The notes under the pieces were generated by a model, which worked only from the letters and a program-made list of their open reading frames with translations, had not been told where the DNA came from and made no database searches. Below, one piece after another: positions 38,137 through 50,000 of a stretch of 64,000 nucleotides of DNA (its first letter is position 1; each line of letters begins with the position of its first letter). Source of the stretch: Cycas panzhihuaensis (lineage: Eukaryota; Plantae; Cycadophyta); contig CM041465.1 in NCBI GenBank assembly GCA_023213395.1, positions 103,113,741 through 103,177,740 of the forward strand, written 5' to 3'. The position numbers were made by a program, and so were the translations under genes.

Positions 38137-38750
38137 AGTACGTGCTTGCGGTAATTACCACATTGATATTGTCTCAATATATTCAATATTATTTATCATT
38201 AGTTTAAATTGATCCAATTCATCTCTTATTTAATTTAAATGTCTGCCTTTTTTCTTCATTGTTTATGTTCAATATGTTTCCCAAGTCCTACAAAATTTTC
38301 AAAATAAGAACTCATTTATGAGTTCTCATATTTTTTGAAAACTATGCACATCTCTCTCTAATTAGATGTGAAGGTTAAAACTAATGACTTAAGGCAAGAG
38401 GCTAAACCTAATGATTTGGGGTTCTTAGGTGGATAGATTATCCCACATATATATAAACACACACACGCACCCATTGGTGTTGGATGTAACCAAGTAATCC
38501 CCTCATGAAATTCAAATTTTTCCCAACTTGATCATTTGCTATTTAAATGGGAAGTAGGCATCGTGTGCTTATTATGCTTATAATAGCAAACATATGAGTT
38601 TAATTACTATATTCTGCATTTAATTGCTTAGTATTAAATGATTGGAAATTGCATTTTCTGTAACCATCCATTAAGACTTCTATAATGAGAAATAAAAGTC
38701 ATTAAAATTCATAACAAAGTTCTAAACAACAAAGGAAGAGTAGAGTCTTG

Positions 38751-38996
38751 CACATCTGTCTTACACCATATTACTCATCATTAAGCATTATATGGTGCGA
38801 TTTTAACCTTAAAAGACTCTTATGATGATTGGTCAAGACAAACACATAGCAAAAAAAGTCCAACTCTAACACATTTGCCTTACACCATATTATTCTTCTT
38901 TAAACATTACATGGTGCAATTTTTACTTCAAAAGTCTCTTGTGGTGATTGGGTGAGTCTAACAAAAACAACAGGATAGCAAAAGAAGTAGACTCTA
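38751..38996. repeat. Diverged tandem duplication, period about 119 bp
   Basis: CACATYTGYCTTACACCATATTA...ATGGTGC...AAAAG.CTCTT.TG.TGATTGG...ATAGCAAAA occurs twice. Confidence 0.8.
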
Positions 38997-39131
38997 TTTG
39001 GCCCCATGCCTTTTGGGAACTTTTAGACATATCTTAAAGCGTGTTTCCATGCACTGAACAGGGACTTACGACCAAAACAACTTGTTGGCGTGACCCAATT
39101 TTTAGAGTCTATTAGCCGTCATTGAGTACTC

Positions 39132-39252
39132 TAGTCAACAAAGTTGAAGCCATCCAAATAATGTCATGGGTTTGTTACCTAACAACCATGGAGTAATAGT
39201 CAACAAAGTTGAAGCCATCCAAATAATGTCATGGGTTTGTTACCTAACAACC
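39132..39252. repeat. Perfect 56-bp direct repeat, period 65 bp
   Basis: TAGTCAACAAAGTTGAAGCC...TTACCTAACAACC at 39132-39187 and 39197-39252. Confidence 0.95.
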
Positions 39253-39379
39253 CTGAAATTACTCCATGGACCTATTGCTACATTCCTTAAGAAAATAGAA
39301 GTCAAAGCAAATGTTGTAAGAGCATTCCTCGACGAATACCATTTAAAATTCACCTCTTCGCTAGAAGAGTAAACCAGGT

Positions 39380-40100
39380 GGGTTGGCAGAATGCTGAGCT
39401 GTCCGACCGGGGAGGACCTCACAAAAAAGGGGCCAATTCTGTAATGTTTTGAAACCCCCCAGCGCTTAACTTAGCGGTTAAGTGTAACCGTGGTAATTAG
39501 CAGTGGTTGGTGCCGCCCGACAGATTGCTTGGGTGACGCTCAAAATATCCAGAAATCTGCCATCAAAGCAACCAACGTGCTGACTGATTTGCGGGGCCCA
39601 CGACAGTCGGCATTAAATTCGCTTAAAGAGCGCCAGAAGGCAGACGTCCACGTGTACCATTTCCGTTAACGAGACGCCGTCAGGTTTCAGTGATATGTGG
39701 CCATGTCATTAATTGGCCATCATGGTGCGCCTGGATGGTCGTGGTAAGGGGCACAATCTGTCGATGACGTGGTCCATCATACTCGACCCCTATTTCCCAA
39801 CGACAGTAGGGTTCCCCGTCCAGCTGGCAGGAAAAGTGTCGTGGACCCAAGTCCACGCTTTTTTAAAATTAAAATTTATGAGGATTATATTGCGTGTCGG
39901 GTACCCACAGGAGCCGCACAGAAGCCTTTAATGCGCCCAAATCGACGGCTGCAGTTTTCCCAAGGTCCTGGGGAATGCTGCAGTGGGCGCATGTGACTGT
40001 GCGGCGTTTGTGCTCCGCCCTAAACGCATTTAAAATGCACTTTTATTTGCGCCGAGTCCTCCCCTAGGGGCACTTCGGCCGGGAGTCCTCACTACGGTCT
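39380..40100. promoter_or_regulatory. Orphan CpG-rich island, candidate distal cis-regulatory element
   Basis: Sharp GC/CpG rise with no credible ORF. GGGGCCCAC 39593-39601, GACGTC+CACGTG 39643-39654, TGACGTGG 39765-39772, GTGGACCC 39841, TGTCGG 39895. Confidence 0.55.
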
Positions 40101-41450
40101 TTCAATTATTCTCGTAAAATATGATAATGAAGAAAAAAAAAGTAGAAGGTTTACCGGTATGTTTTATACACACACATAAAATTTGTCCAACAAAATTTTT
40201 AATTGTTCAATTGTATTGTCACATCTGCCTTATGTGATAAATGGTAGACTTGTTAGCGATAGAGTTCATGGATACCGATCTCGGTAGGTAGACTTCAAAG
40301 TGTCACTAGTTTTAATTGTATGTATTGGATTGATCACATATTTATCCTTTTATTGTGTTCATAGTTAATATACATTTCTTTTCTAGTGAGAATATGTTTT
40401 CCATCTTTCTAGCAAAAGAATTTGCATTTACAATTATTAAACACATGACCAATCATCCACCAATCTATGCCATTGATTTGCTTTTAAAATATGGGATGTA
40501 TATTTATAAATATACTTGTTATTAGACAAAGAAAAGATTTTCGTCCGAAGAAATCTATATTGAATGTGAATTGAATAAAAAGATTAACAAGTTTATAATT
40601 TGCTGTAATTGATCCCTTTCAAATGGAAATCTTTAGGTTGGACATATTTACATGTTCCTCTATTTCAAAGACATATAAGGGGTCCTTTCAAGGAATTAAA
40701 GGCAATAATTGTCTAAGCTATGTAAAAATCATCTTGAACATTGACAATGATAATTCTTAGAATTAGGAATTAGAAGAGCTCTACCACTTGGCAAATTATT
40801 CAATAAAACCATAAAGAGCACAAGTATCTCCAAAGTAAAAATATATATGTTAAGAGAATAAAAGATAGGTAGCCATATTTTGTGAATAAAGATATAAATT
40901 GGTCATTCTAGGATTGATTCACTATTGATCATAGAATGACCAATCAATCATTATAACCCAAACTAGCATTGTAGCATGAATTTATTATATAAGATGTTTA
41001 GAATATAATAGTAAGATGTCATTTGGGATTAGTTAAAGCTAAGGTCTAATTATATAAGGATCTATTAATTAAGATGGAATCATTATATATGCATGCCTAT
41101 TCCTTTACCTATAAGCTATTATTAAATCAATCCATCTCTTAACTTAAGACTTTCAAAGGAAATGCATACACTAGTCCATTATTTTAAAGGTTCCCCATTT
41201 CTCTAAAAAAGTATATATGTGCTACCAACTCCCCATCCACAACAATCTTATGAAATAGTTGAGCAATGAAAATACAAAATGATACTATTAAGCAAACATA
41301 CTCATATCACAAACATTGCATATGAATTAAGGCAAACTTCTTCTATTATAAGAGAGGGAACCACATCCATCCTTAAAGGACTAGATGCAAGCCCAAAATA
41401 CAACCATCTAGGAGACTTCAAAGCCTTGACTAAATGAAGTATAAAATCAA

Positions 41451-41469
41451 AGAGAGAGAGAGAGAGAGA
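41451..41469. repeat. (AG)n microsatellite
   Basis: Direct read. Confidence 0.9.
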
Positions 41470-42099
41470 AAGTAATAAATGACCTAAATATGTGTGCACA
41501 CACATATATACTAATGCATATAAATATCTTTTTTATACTCTTTCTCTTAATAGTTATCCAATTAACTATTAATTGACTCAACTAATAATTTGTTTATAAT
41601 GACAAGAAATACATTATAAACTTAGATCACAATTGTCATTTTGTTGAATGCGATTGCCATGCCATTGATCATGATTACCATATTGTTGATCATGATCATC
41701 TAGTCCTCTATTGTGGTCATTCTTCTTCTAGTCTATCTTCAACCTTGGTTATAGCCTCTAAAATTGTTTTAAAATCTAATACAAACTTACTAGCACACAT
41801 CTCTCTTAGCATGAAACCATTGAGTACCCTTACTTGACGAGATTGATTAAAAACTTTTAAGATTCAATGACCCATTTGGCTGCCTTCTTCCCCCCCACCT
41901 CTAAAATTTTGAATTAATAAGCTACAAATAATATGACCTTGTCATTTGGGTGAAAATAATGATGTCAATGCATCACTATAAATTGTTTATACCCTTTGAT
42001 AATATACTTTCCCCCCCTAATTATCAAATATTTTTTTACCCCAATCATTAGGTAGTATACTCTCTTTGGTGAACTACACATGGTTGCTCACTAATTTCA

Positions 42100-44500
42100 A
42101 CAGTAGTCAATAATAGAAATACTTGATTAGTACCAAATATCAAAAGATGAAAACAAAAGAATACCAATAATCACTCTAGATTACATTAAAAAGAAAAAGT
42201 GCTCACATGATAGTAGATGTGACAATGCATAAATAAATAAAATAATATAATTTATGGTAACTTCACAATGAAATTGAATAGTAATAAATAATAAAGCTTA
42301 TCTCTATTACAAAGCTTTTACAAGAGTCTTCTACCAAAGCTTGTGCTTTTCAAGGTAGGGAAGTCTCCCAAAATAAAACCTTATCTCAAAAGAGCTATGA
42401 AAATAAATAAGATCAAAAAGCCTAATCTTACAAATGATCTAAATACTTCTTATATAAGTCAAACATATAATTTTTGCTGAAAATCTTGCGATATTTTAGG
42501 CTAAGGTCAACCCTAAAGTCAACCTTTAATAATCTATATTTAGGACTCCATATATTAAACTATCATAACTTCTTCATACAACATTTGTTTGAGGCCCAAT
42601 ATTACTTATTTAGAAGCCAATGAGAAACTCTACATGATGATTAGTGTTTCGTAACTTATTTCTTTAATTTTAGTATCATAATTATAAAATACATAATGGT
42701 TCTCCATTTTGAAAGGTGCCCTACTCTATTTGAAGGGATTGACATGCAACAATTATCTACCTCTTTCAATATGCTTTGCCCTTAAAACATGGGTATAGGT
42801 GGATGATGCTTCCACCATGATTCACCTCATATATTTAAAAGTTAGCCCCACTTGGTCAATTTAGTCATAGATTGGTCATCCATGACGTGTAATAATTCCT
42901 CTCTTCTTAACATGCTTCACCCTCAAAAGTATTTTCAAATTTGAGCTTTAATAAATTCTATAAATCATCTCTTAATATTAGTACTTGTTTGTATCCCTGT
43001 TCTAATGATTTAAAAGTACTTATTGTTGCTTCTTTTATTGAAGTCGTTACACCTTATAGTTTAATTTCCACGTGATGTCTTGTTAGGGAAATATACTTAT
43101 CCCTTAGAACTTATTTCTCTAATTGAGTAACCCTCCTCATGGAATGTCCAACATCATTCTTTAAGTCTTTCCTTTAGATACTAGAGCTCTATTGGTATTA
43201 AAATAGCATATATTGCATTTAGTAGATCTCGAGACTTGTCTATTGTGGGCTCGCTTTACTGGAAGCCTTGTATCCTACTTCCATATTACATTTGTAGGAG
43301 TCATTCCTTAAGAAATGGAGACAACTAAGACGGGAGAGGATGTTTTTAGTATAAGGATAGGGATCTTATATATACAGGTGGTTTGTTATGTACCTATAAA
43401 TGTACTTTGAGTTAGCTTCATTGAATTAGTTAATGGGTTCTTATAAATGCATAGTGGGATAGAGACAATAATTATTATGTTATTGTTAGAATCTTTTTTT
43501 TTTCTTCTCGATTTGTAACTCCAAATCTCAATTCCTAGGCTTATGCAATCACTTGGGCTTGTCCCACTAATATCAAAGTAACTTTTGATCCCCCTCATAC
43601 TCTAAATGTATCATCAATAAATCTTGTAATCTTTTAGGTTACATCCATTACCTTAGAACTTCCAGAAATGTATGAATGTTTTGTGGAATCTTCAACTCTT
43701 GCATGCTCTCTCCATCTTTTGTATGTTCCATTTCCATTACCTTAAGTCATGCATTCTTCATCTAGGAATCATGGAGACCAAGGCTCATTCCAATGGGACT
43801 CCATTGCCTCACTCTCTAGTTGCCTACCACCTTCCAATTGTGATTTAGAGTAACATGATAAACATACTCTATTATCACCATTGTATGCTTTAAAACATAA
43901 ATCCCCAAAGTGATTTGAACCTCCATGATGTGCTAAATATATGCTTTGGGTTTGAAATGCATAGATTAAATACTAATTTATAAACCCCAAAAGTGGTTTG
44001 GCTATTCAAACCTCCTCCACACTTCAAAATTTACTAGTTGACCATTCTTCCTTATAGTGCTAGCTGATAACCATGCCTCTCATAGCACACCCTCAAAGAA
44101 CATCTTCTATACCATAAGCATGGTGTTTTCATACTATTGTCCCTTAGCAAGGTGATTTTTTCCATCTATATGCCCTTGGCCCTAGCGTTAAATTTCTCCA
44201 ACTATAGTCTATAGCATCCTTTTATAGTATCTAGAGTCACCTATATCTTTACCCATTATACATCTCTTCCCTTTGTACCTACAATGTCCTTTGATAGTAT
44301 TTGAAGTTGCCTATGTCTATCCTCATCACACAATTTTGCCCTTTTGCCTATAGCATCTTTCCTTTAGCTCATTAATCCTCTCTATCATGTTCGAGAATAG
44401 TTATTGAAGGATTCACTCTTCACAAGCTCTTTTCTTTGAAATATTAGGGTTTCATAGTGCCATTACTACATGTTTATAATCTATCATATTTGATTTGAAT
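42100..44500 (-). mobile_element. Decayed gypsy-type element J (LTR-like segment ending 42751, PPT, possible gag remnants)
   Basis: CAACA end at 42751 followed by a minus-strand PPT with the AGGGCAAAGCAT pre-PPT motif shared with D. Weak gag-like words near 43270-44170. Outer boundaries approximate. Confidence 0.4.
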
Positions 44501-45513
44501 GCTTTTAAAGCTTAGTCCACAATTCTCTTTAAAAGCTCATGGCAGGCTTGTATACTTTTCTCAGTGGGCATCATTAGTAAAGTGACTATGTGGTTGAAGA
44601 GCATTTTTGGCTAGGATAAAGTAGCAAACATCATGAGGACCATAGGTGGGTATTCAAACATATAGGTATTTATGCTGGCATTTTGAATTTTTAAAGTTGT
44701 TTATTCCCTTTCAAATTATTCCCAATCATTCCTTATGTGTATTTTCCTTTTTTTCCACCTTACCTTTATCTATTAATTTTTGTCTCTTTTGATATCTCTT
44801 ATTTTGTTTTTTAATTTATCTTTTTTAAGACTAAATCATTAAATTATTTAAGCTATTAATTCATTACCCTTTCCAGTAAGAATTATCTTATTGTTTATTA
44901 CTTCATTTTATTATTTAATCATCTTATTTAGTTACCTATACTTTAGTATAGTCCCTTCATTCATCATCAATTACCTTCTTCAGTAAACCATTTATCTTCA
45001 CTCATTTTATTCCTTAGCCTTCATTTAGCTAATTCCTTATCGACTCACCCTTTATTTATTCTATTTTAGTTTATTTAAAAAAGAAAAAGAAAAAAACATT
45101 TTGTTATCTATCAAATTATCACTTATTATTATCTAGCTAATTGTTTAAGCATTTAGTTACTTGATTACTTAGTATTTTATTATTCATTTGATTATATTAC
45201 GTTATTTAATTATTATCATCACTTGATTAGTACTCCTTCAATTGGTTGTTTATTAGTTCTTTTAGCTTTTCACTAGTTTATTAATTCCTTTCATTTGTGC
45301 TTAAAATAAAGTAAAGATGTCATTAACAATCCTCTAGTTTTTATTAAGACCTAGTTATAAAATTTAACCTTCAATATCATCAGGGTGTTAAACAAGGGAT
45401 TAGAAACTATTAGGCTTAGACTTCTTACTCAAAATCCTTCCTATAATTTATAAGTTTGACCCTTATAGAAGCTAGGGCACTTAACCCTTCTTCAAACTTT
45501 TGAGGATTAGGAA

Positions 45514-46030
45514 TGTTAAGTAAACTCGGTTCTAAATAACCAAAACCAGCCACCAAGATCTATTTATTTTGCAACAAGAATAATATTTGAAATTGTAACT
45601 AAACGTAAGTACATAAACCAGAGATCATTCAACATACATACAAAAGCATATATATTACCAAATACACCAGATATAATGTGGTAAAACCCTAGCAGAGTGC
45701 TAGGGAAACATCCACACAGGAAAGGTATCAATCTTTATTAATCAAGAATGAAGATCTGCACATCAACTGCCACAGAGTTCACATCAACAACTAGTAGTCA
45801 CCCTCATACAATGCAATGCGATATAGCTACTAAACTAAAACCTAATTACCCAGTGCAGGTTATATATAAGAAGGTACATCAATCACAACCAAATCTAGGG
45901 CATTTTAATGAACGACCTTGATTCTCTGTCATCTCCCTTGGATCTCCCTAAGGAATGTTGGTGGGAAAAATCATGCTAAAAAAGGTCCAAAATTTTAGCC
46001 TCCTTATACATTGTTGTCACATAGCCAATA
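45514..46030 (-). mobile_element. Solo LTR related to the copia C family
   Basis: TGTTAAG...CCAATA flanked by perfect TSD AGGAA (45509-45513, 46031-46035). Shares CACCAAGATCTATT, GTGGTAAAACCCT..GTGCTAGGGAAACATCCACACAGGAAAGGTATC and TTGTCACA blocks with the C LTRs. No PBS or PPT. Confidence 0.88.
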
Positions 46031-46599
46031 AGGAAAACACATAAAACATAACCAAATAACTTGAGTTCTCATCTGTGATTGCTCTTGACCTATTAGTTCT
46101 ATGATATAGTTTATAACTTTTATAATGGAAATATCTAGAACAAGTGCAAGAAGTTGTATAATTTGATAGCCATTTAAGAGAAGTACATACATATTAGCAC
46201 ACATAATTTTGAGTTTTATATTAAATAAATCACTATAGAAAATATTAGTGTAATTATAACTAATGATGGGCCTTTTGTTTTGATCTTAGAATACTAGGAG
46301 TATACAACAAGGGAAGGGCATAAAATACATGACCAAATTATGAAGCCTAAAAAGTAAAGGAGATGTGGAGGGAAGCTCTTAGAATTAATCTTATCAACGA
46401 ATAGGAGATAATATTAGAGGGATACAACCAACTAATCCCAAAATACAAATGAGACTCTACGTCTCTCAACTAAAGATATAAATAAACCAATAGTAAGGTA
46501 TATAAATTACTAAGGTGGTTTTTTACTAGAAGACCATAAGGTAGTTCCTTTTAACTTTTATTTCTAATACTTACAAGCCCTCCAAACATACAAGAAGAA

Positions 46600-47090
46600 G
46601 AAGTTTCAAAAACTATATGTATAACAACTTCACAAAGAATATGGGTCCCATGAACCCAAAGTTTAGATCCAATAAATAGAATAATAATTCTAATCAGTAA
46701 AAAATGAGGATAATAAAAAGTTTCCCTGTGCCACCTTGCACTTAGATGGCATTGGTTACAAAAGGTAGAAAAGCATAGAATGAACTAGCTTTACAAACTA
46801 GACCCCCTCTTGGAATGAATTCGTTAGGTTATTTATAAAGCGATTTGAAACCACAAAAAATATAGACTACTGCTACGAGTTAAAAAGGCTAAGGCAAATA
46901 GGTTTAGTAGAAGAATATAATAAGGCTTTCTTTAAATTATATATAGAGTGAGAGATATCTCTGAGGATAAGCAAATTCAGTTATACATTGATGGCCTTTC
47001 CATGGATATCAAAACTATTGCTTTATAAAACTTAAATAAAGCTATAAGTATGGATTATAACTTTGAAAAGGAGGTTAATACTCTATGTTA
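46600..47090 (+). pseudogene. Gypsy Retrotrans_gag remnant
   Basis: ATLHLD..W..LWNEFVRLFIKRFE..YELKRLRQIGLVEEYNKAF..QIQLYIDGL, similar to the Gag of D. Confidence 0.65.
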
Positions 47091-50000
47091 AGAAAATATG
47101 TTCCTCTTAGATTTCTATTTAAGATTCATCATATCCCTAAGTAAAAAGAGAGATCACTAATAATTAGATTTTTTTTCTTTATAAAATAAAATAAAATTTA
47201 GAATAAAAAATTTAATAAAGTTGTTTAGTATAGAGAATATAAATATGTGTGTGTCACTTACCAATCTAATAAAATTATGCCTAATGAATTTATGAATCTA
47301 GGGTTAAACTTTGAAACTCGAAATGATTAACTCCTAATTGATAAGGCTTAACCTACTATAGGGAAAATACCAACACTAACCTATTATATTAATATTTTCT
47401 TATAATGAAGTATGAATGGCTAACCTAAAGTTAGTAAGTTATACACCCATTAGATAGATTAAGTATTACTAGGCGATCTCCCTTAGTATAATGGCTTAAC
47501 TCTACTAGAATAGTCTAAAGTGATCCTAAATTAGATATACTTCCTCAAACATAAAGGAAAACTAAAATAAAATATGAATATAAACTTCTAAGAGCTAAAT
47601 GGTTAAAAGACCCTACATGGATTAACTCATAAGAGATGATTTATAAATGAATGATAATCCTCTATTTATAGGTGTCAAAATTAACCACTTCTTAAAAAAT
47701 TTACTTCCTAATAGTAATAAAACTAACTTTTAATGATAATAATAAGATACCTAGATTTGATGGCCTAATTAGAAGTTCACTCAAAATAGGATTTGCTAGG
47801 GTTTCAATGGGTGATTATTAGGGAGATATCAAAGTTAGGAGGAACCACCATTATACGTGATGGCCGTAGGAGGATGACGACACCTCTGAGATGAGACTTA
47901 GGAGATAGCTAGATTGAGGGTTCCCATTGTTTGATAGTGAAGAAATATGGAGAGACAAGATGAGTACCTAGATGCAATTTGCATGAAGGGACTCTGAGGG
48001 GAGAGGGTTCCAAATTCCCGTTCAGAGATGGAGGAGTGTTACACGAACTGAGGATATCTAAAGGATTGGTAAAGAAGCCAAGTAGCTAGAGGGCACATGT
48101 TCCTGCAATAGTTGGGTAAACTCTGACTTAAAAGAAAGACTTTCCATTGGCTATGAACAACTTCTATCTATCAAAATGGTGGACACATGCACTGAGAATA
48201 AATTTTTCTCAAATTTAGATAAGGAGGATAGAGGATACCTGTGTGGAGATAGAGTGGAGGTACTATATGCCTATAGGTGGATCGTGAAGATCAGAAAGGA
48301 AGGGATTATAACCCTTGAACTAAGCAGTGATCAAAGGCAGAGAAACCCAAAATCTCTTATATCAAGTGAGACTTATGCTTCTGATATTAATAATGGTTGT
48401 TTTTCATTAAATGGTTATGCTATTTTTGATGTTCAAGTATCTATAATGGAGAAAGGAACTACACTTCAAAACTAGACTCATAACTTGTCTCTAGGAAGGT
48501 CTTACTAAGAGGTTTTAAAAAGTGGAGAAAATGATGAATTTGACATAAGCCCTATCACTCAAAATGAAACTATAAGAATACCTATACCAAAGAAGTTGAT
48601 AGAAAGAATGAAGAAGTATTCGGAGAATTGCCTAGTAGGCAAATTCTCAGGACCCAAACCTGAGTTAGATGCTATAAGGAGATGGATAAGGAACAAATGG
48701 ATAATTAGTAACCTTGTGGAAGTTATGACTCTCCTGAGGGGTTGTGTATTGTTTAAATTTATAAACCAGGAGGATATGTTGAATATATTGTTGAAAGCCC
48801 CATGGATCTAAGGAAGAAAGGCATTATTCTTAGAAAAGTGGCATCCTAATTTTGACCCTATGGTGCGTATTATAAAGCAGGTACTTGTATAGGTCCAAAT
48901 GTTAGGCCTACCCCTCTAGGTATGGAACTTGGAGGTTATTAAGGGAGTGGTGAAAGACATAAGTCCTCTTCTGGCTGTTGACTCAATCAATATGAACAAA
49001 AGTATGCTGATTAATGATAGATTCTATGTCTTGGATAAGGTCGATAAAACACTCCTAGAAAATATAAGGATTGAAATGGAAGGACGGAGCAAGGAGCAAC
49101 CCTTAATCTCTGAAATGGAAAATTTTAAATGTTCAATATATAGGAAGTTGGGCCACTTGGCCCAAAAATATCTAGGGGATAGGAAAGATGAGGAGGTGAG
49201 ATAGGAGGGGGAGGCCTCTTAAGAGGCTAAATTGCTTAAGATAGAGAACCAATAGGATCTAATGAGACAAGCTATCGCTCAAAAGGATGATGAGGTAGAA
49301 AAGATGGATTTCAATCCTGAAGATTTAGAAGATCAGGAGGGAGGTAGGTGGGGATGATATATCCTAAGAGGAATAGGTAAGGCTTGAAGAGGAGACCAAT
49401 TTCTTAGAGAGACAGAAGGTCCTAAGGGGCCTAAAGAGGATTTAAAAATTTAAAGAAAAGGACCCCAAGGTAGATCATAGAGATATTGGGCAGCGTAAAG
49501 GACCAGATGTAGGATCTGAAAAAAGAGTGGGAAGACCTACTCTTAAAATGTTGAGAGAGAGGGAAGTGGCCTCACAAATTGATCAAGGCTACTAGAAAAC
49601 ATTAAAGGAAGGAGTTTTAGAAGGAACAAGACTAAGGGTTAGGGATGAAGCTTGTGAAGCTCAAAAAGAAGAAGGAGAAGAGACTTAGAAGACTAGAAAA
49701 AAGAGATGAAGATAGTCTTGTGGAACTTTAGGGGGATAAATACCCCATCAAAATAGAGAGTACTGAAGGATCTTCGGATGAGACTGCAACCTAAAATTTT
49801 ATTCCTATAGGAATCAAAATTGAACAAGGATAATAGTTTGAAGGTAAAATAGAAGATTTAGAAAAAAAATAAAATTCTAGCTATGGATGGGTGCCAAGGG
49901 ATGGGGGGGATGGCAGTATTGTAGAACCCAAAGGAGTGGCAAGGGGAAACCTGTAGGATGGGAGAATATTCTATTTCTATGTGGTTTACATGTAGAAGGA

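Noticed and set aside
39132-39252. Direct repeats as a CRISPR-like array
   Set aside because: Only two copies of 56 bp with a 9-bp gap, in a eukaryotic context with no cas genes.
39713-39996. Two short ORFs in the orphan CpG island
   Set aside because: No recognisable domain or promoter context; compatible with chance.
40898-40966. Helitron 3' end (hairpin plus CTAG)
   Set aside because: The hairpin is AT-rich, the spacer is long, CTAG is followed by C rather than T, and no 5' TC end was identified.
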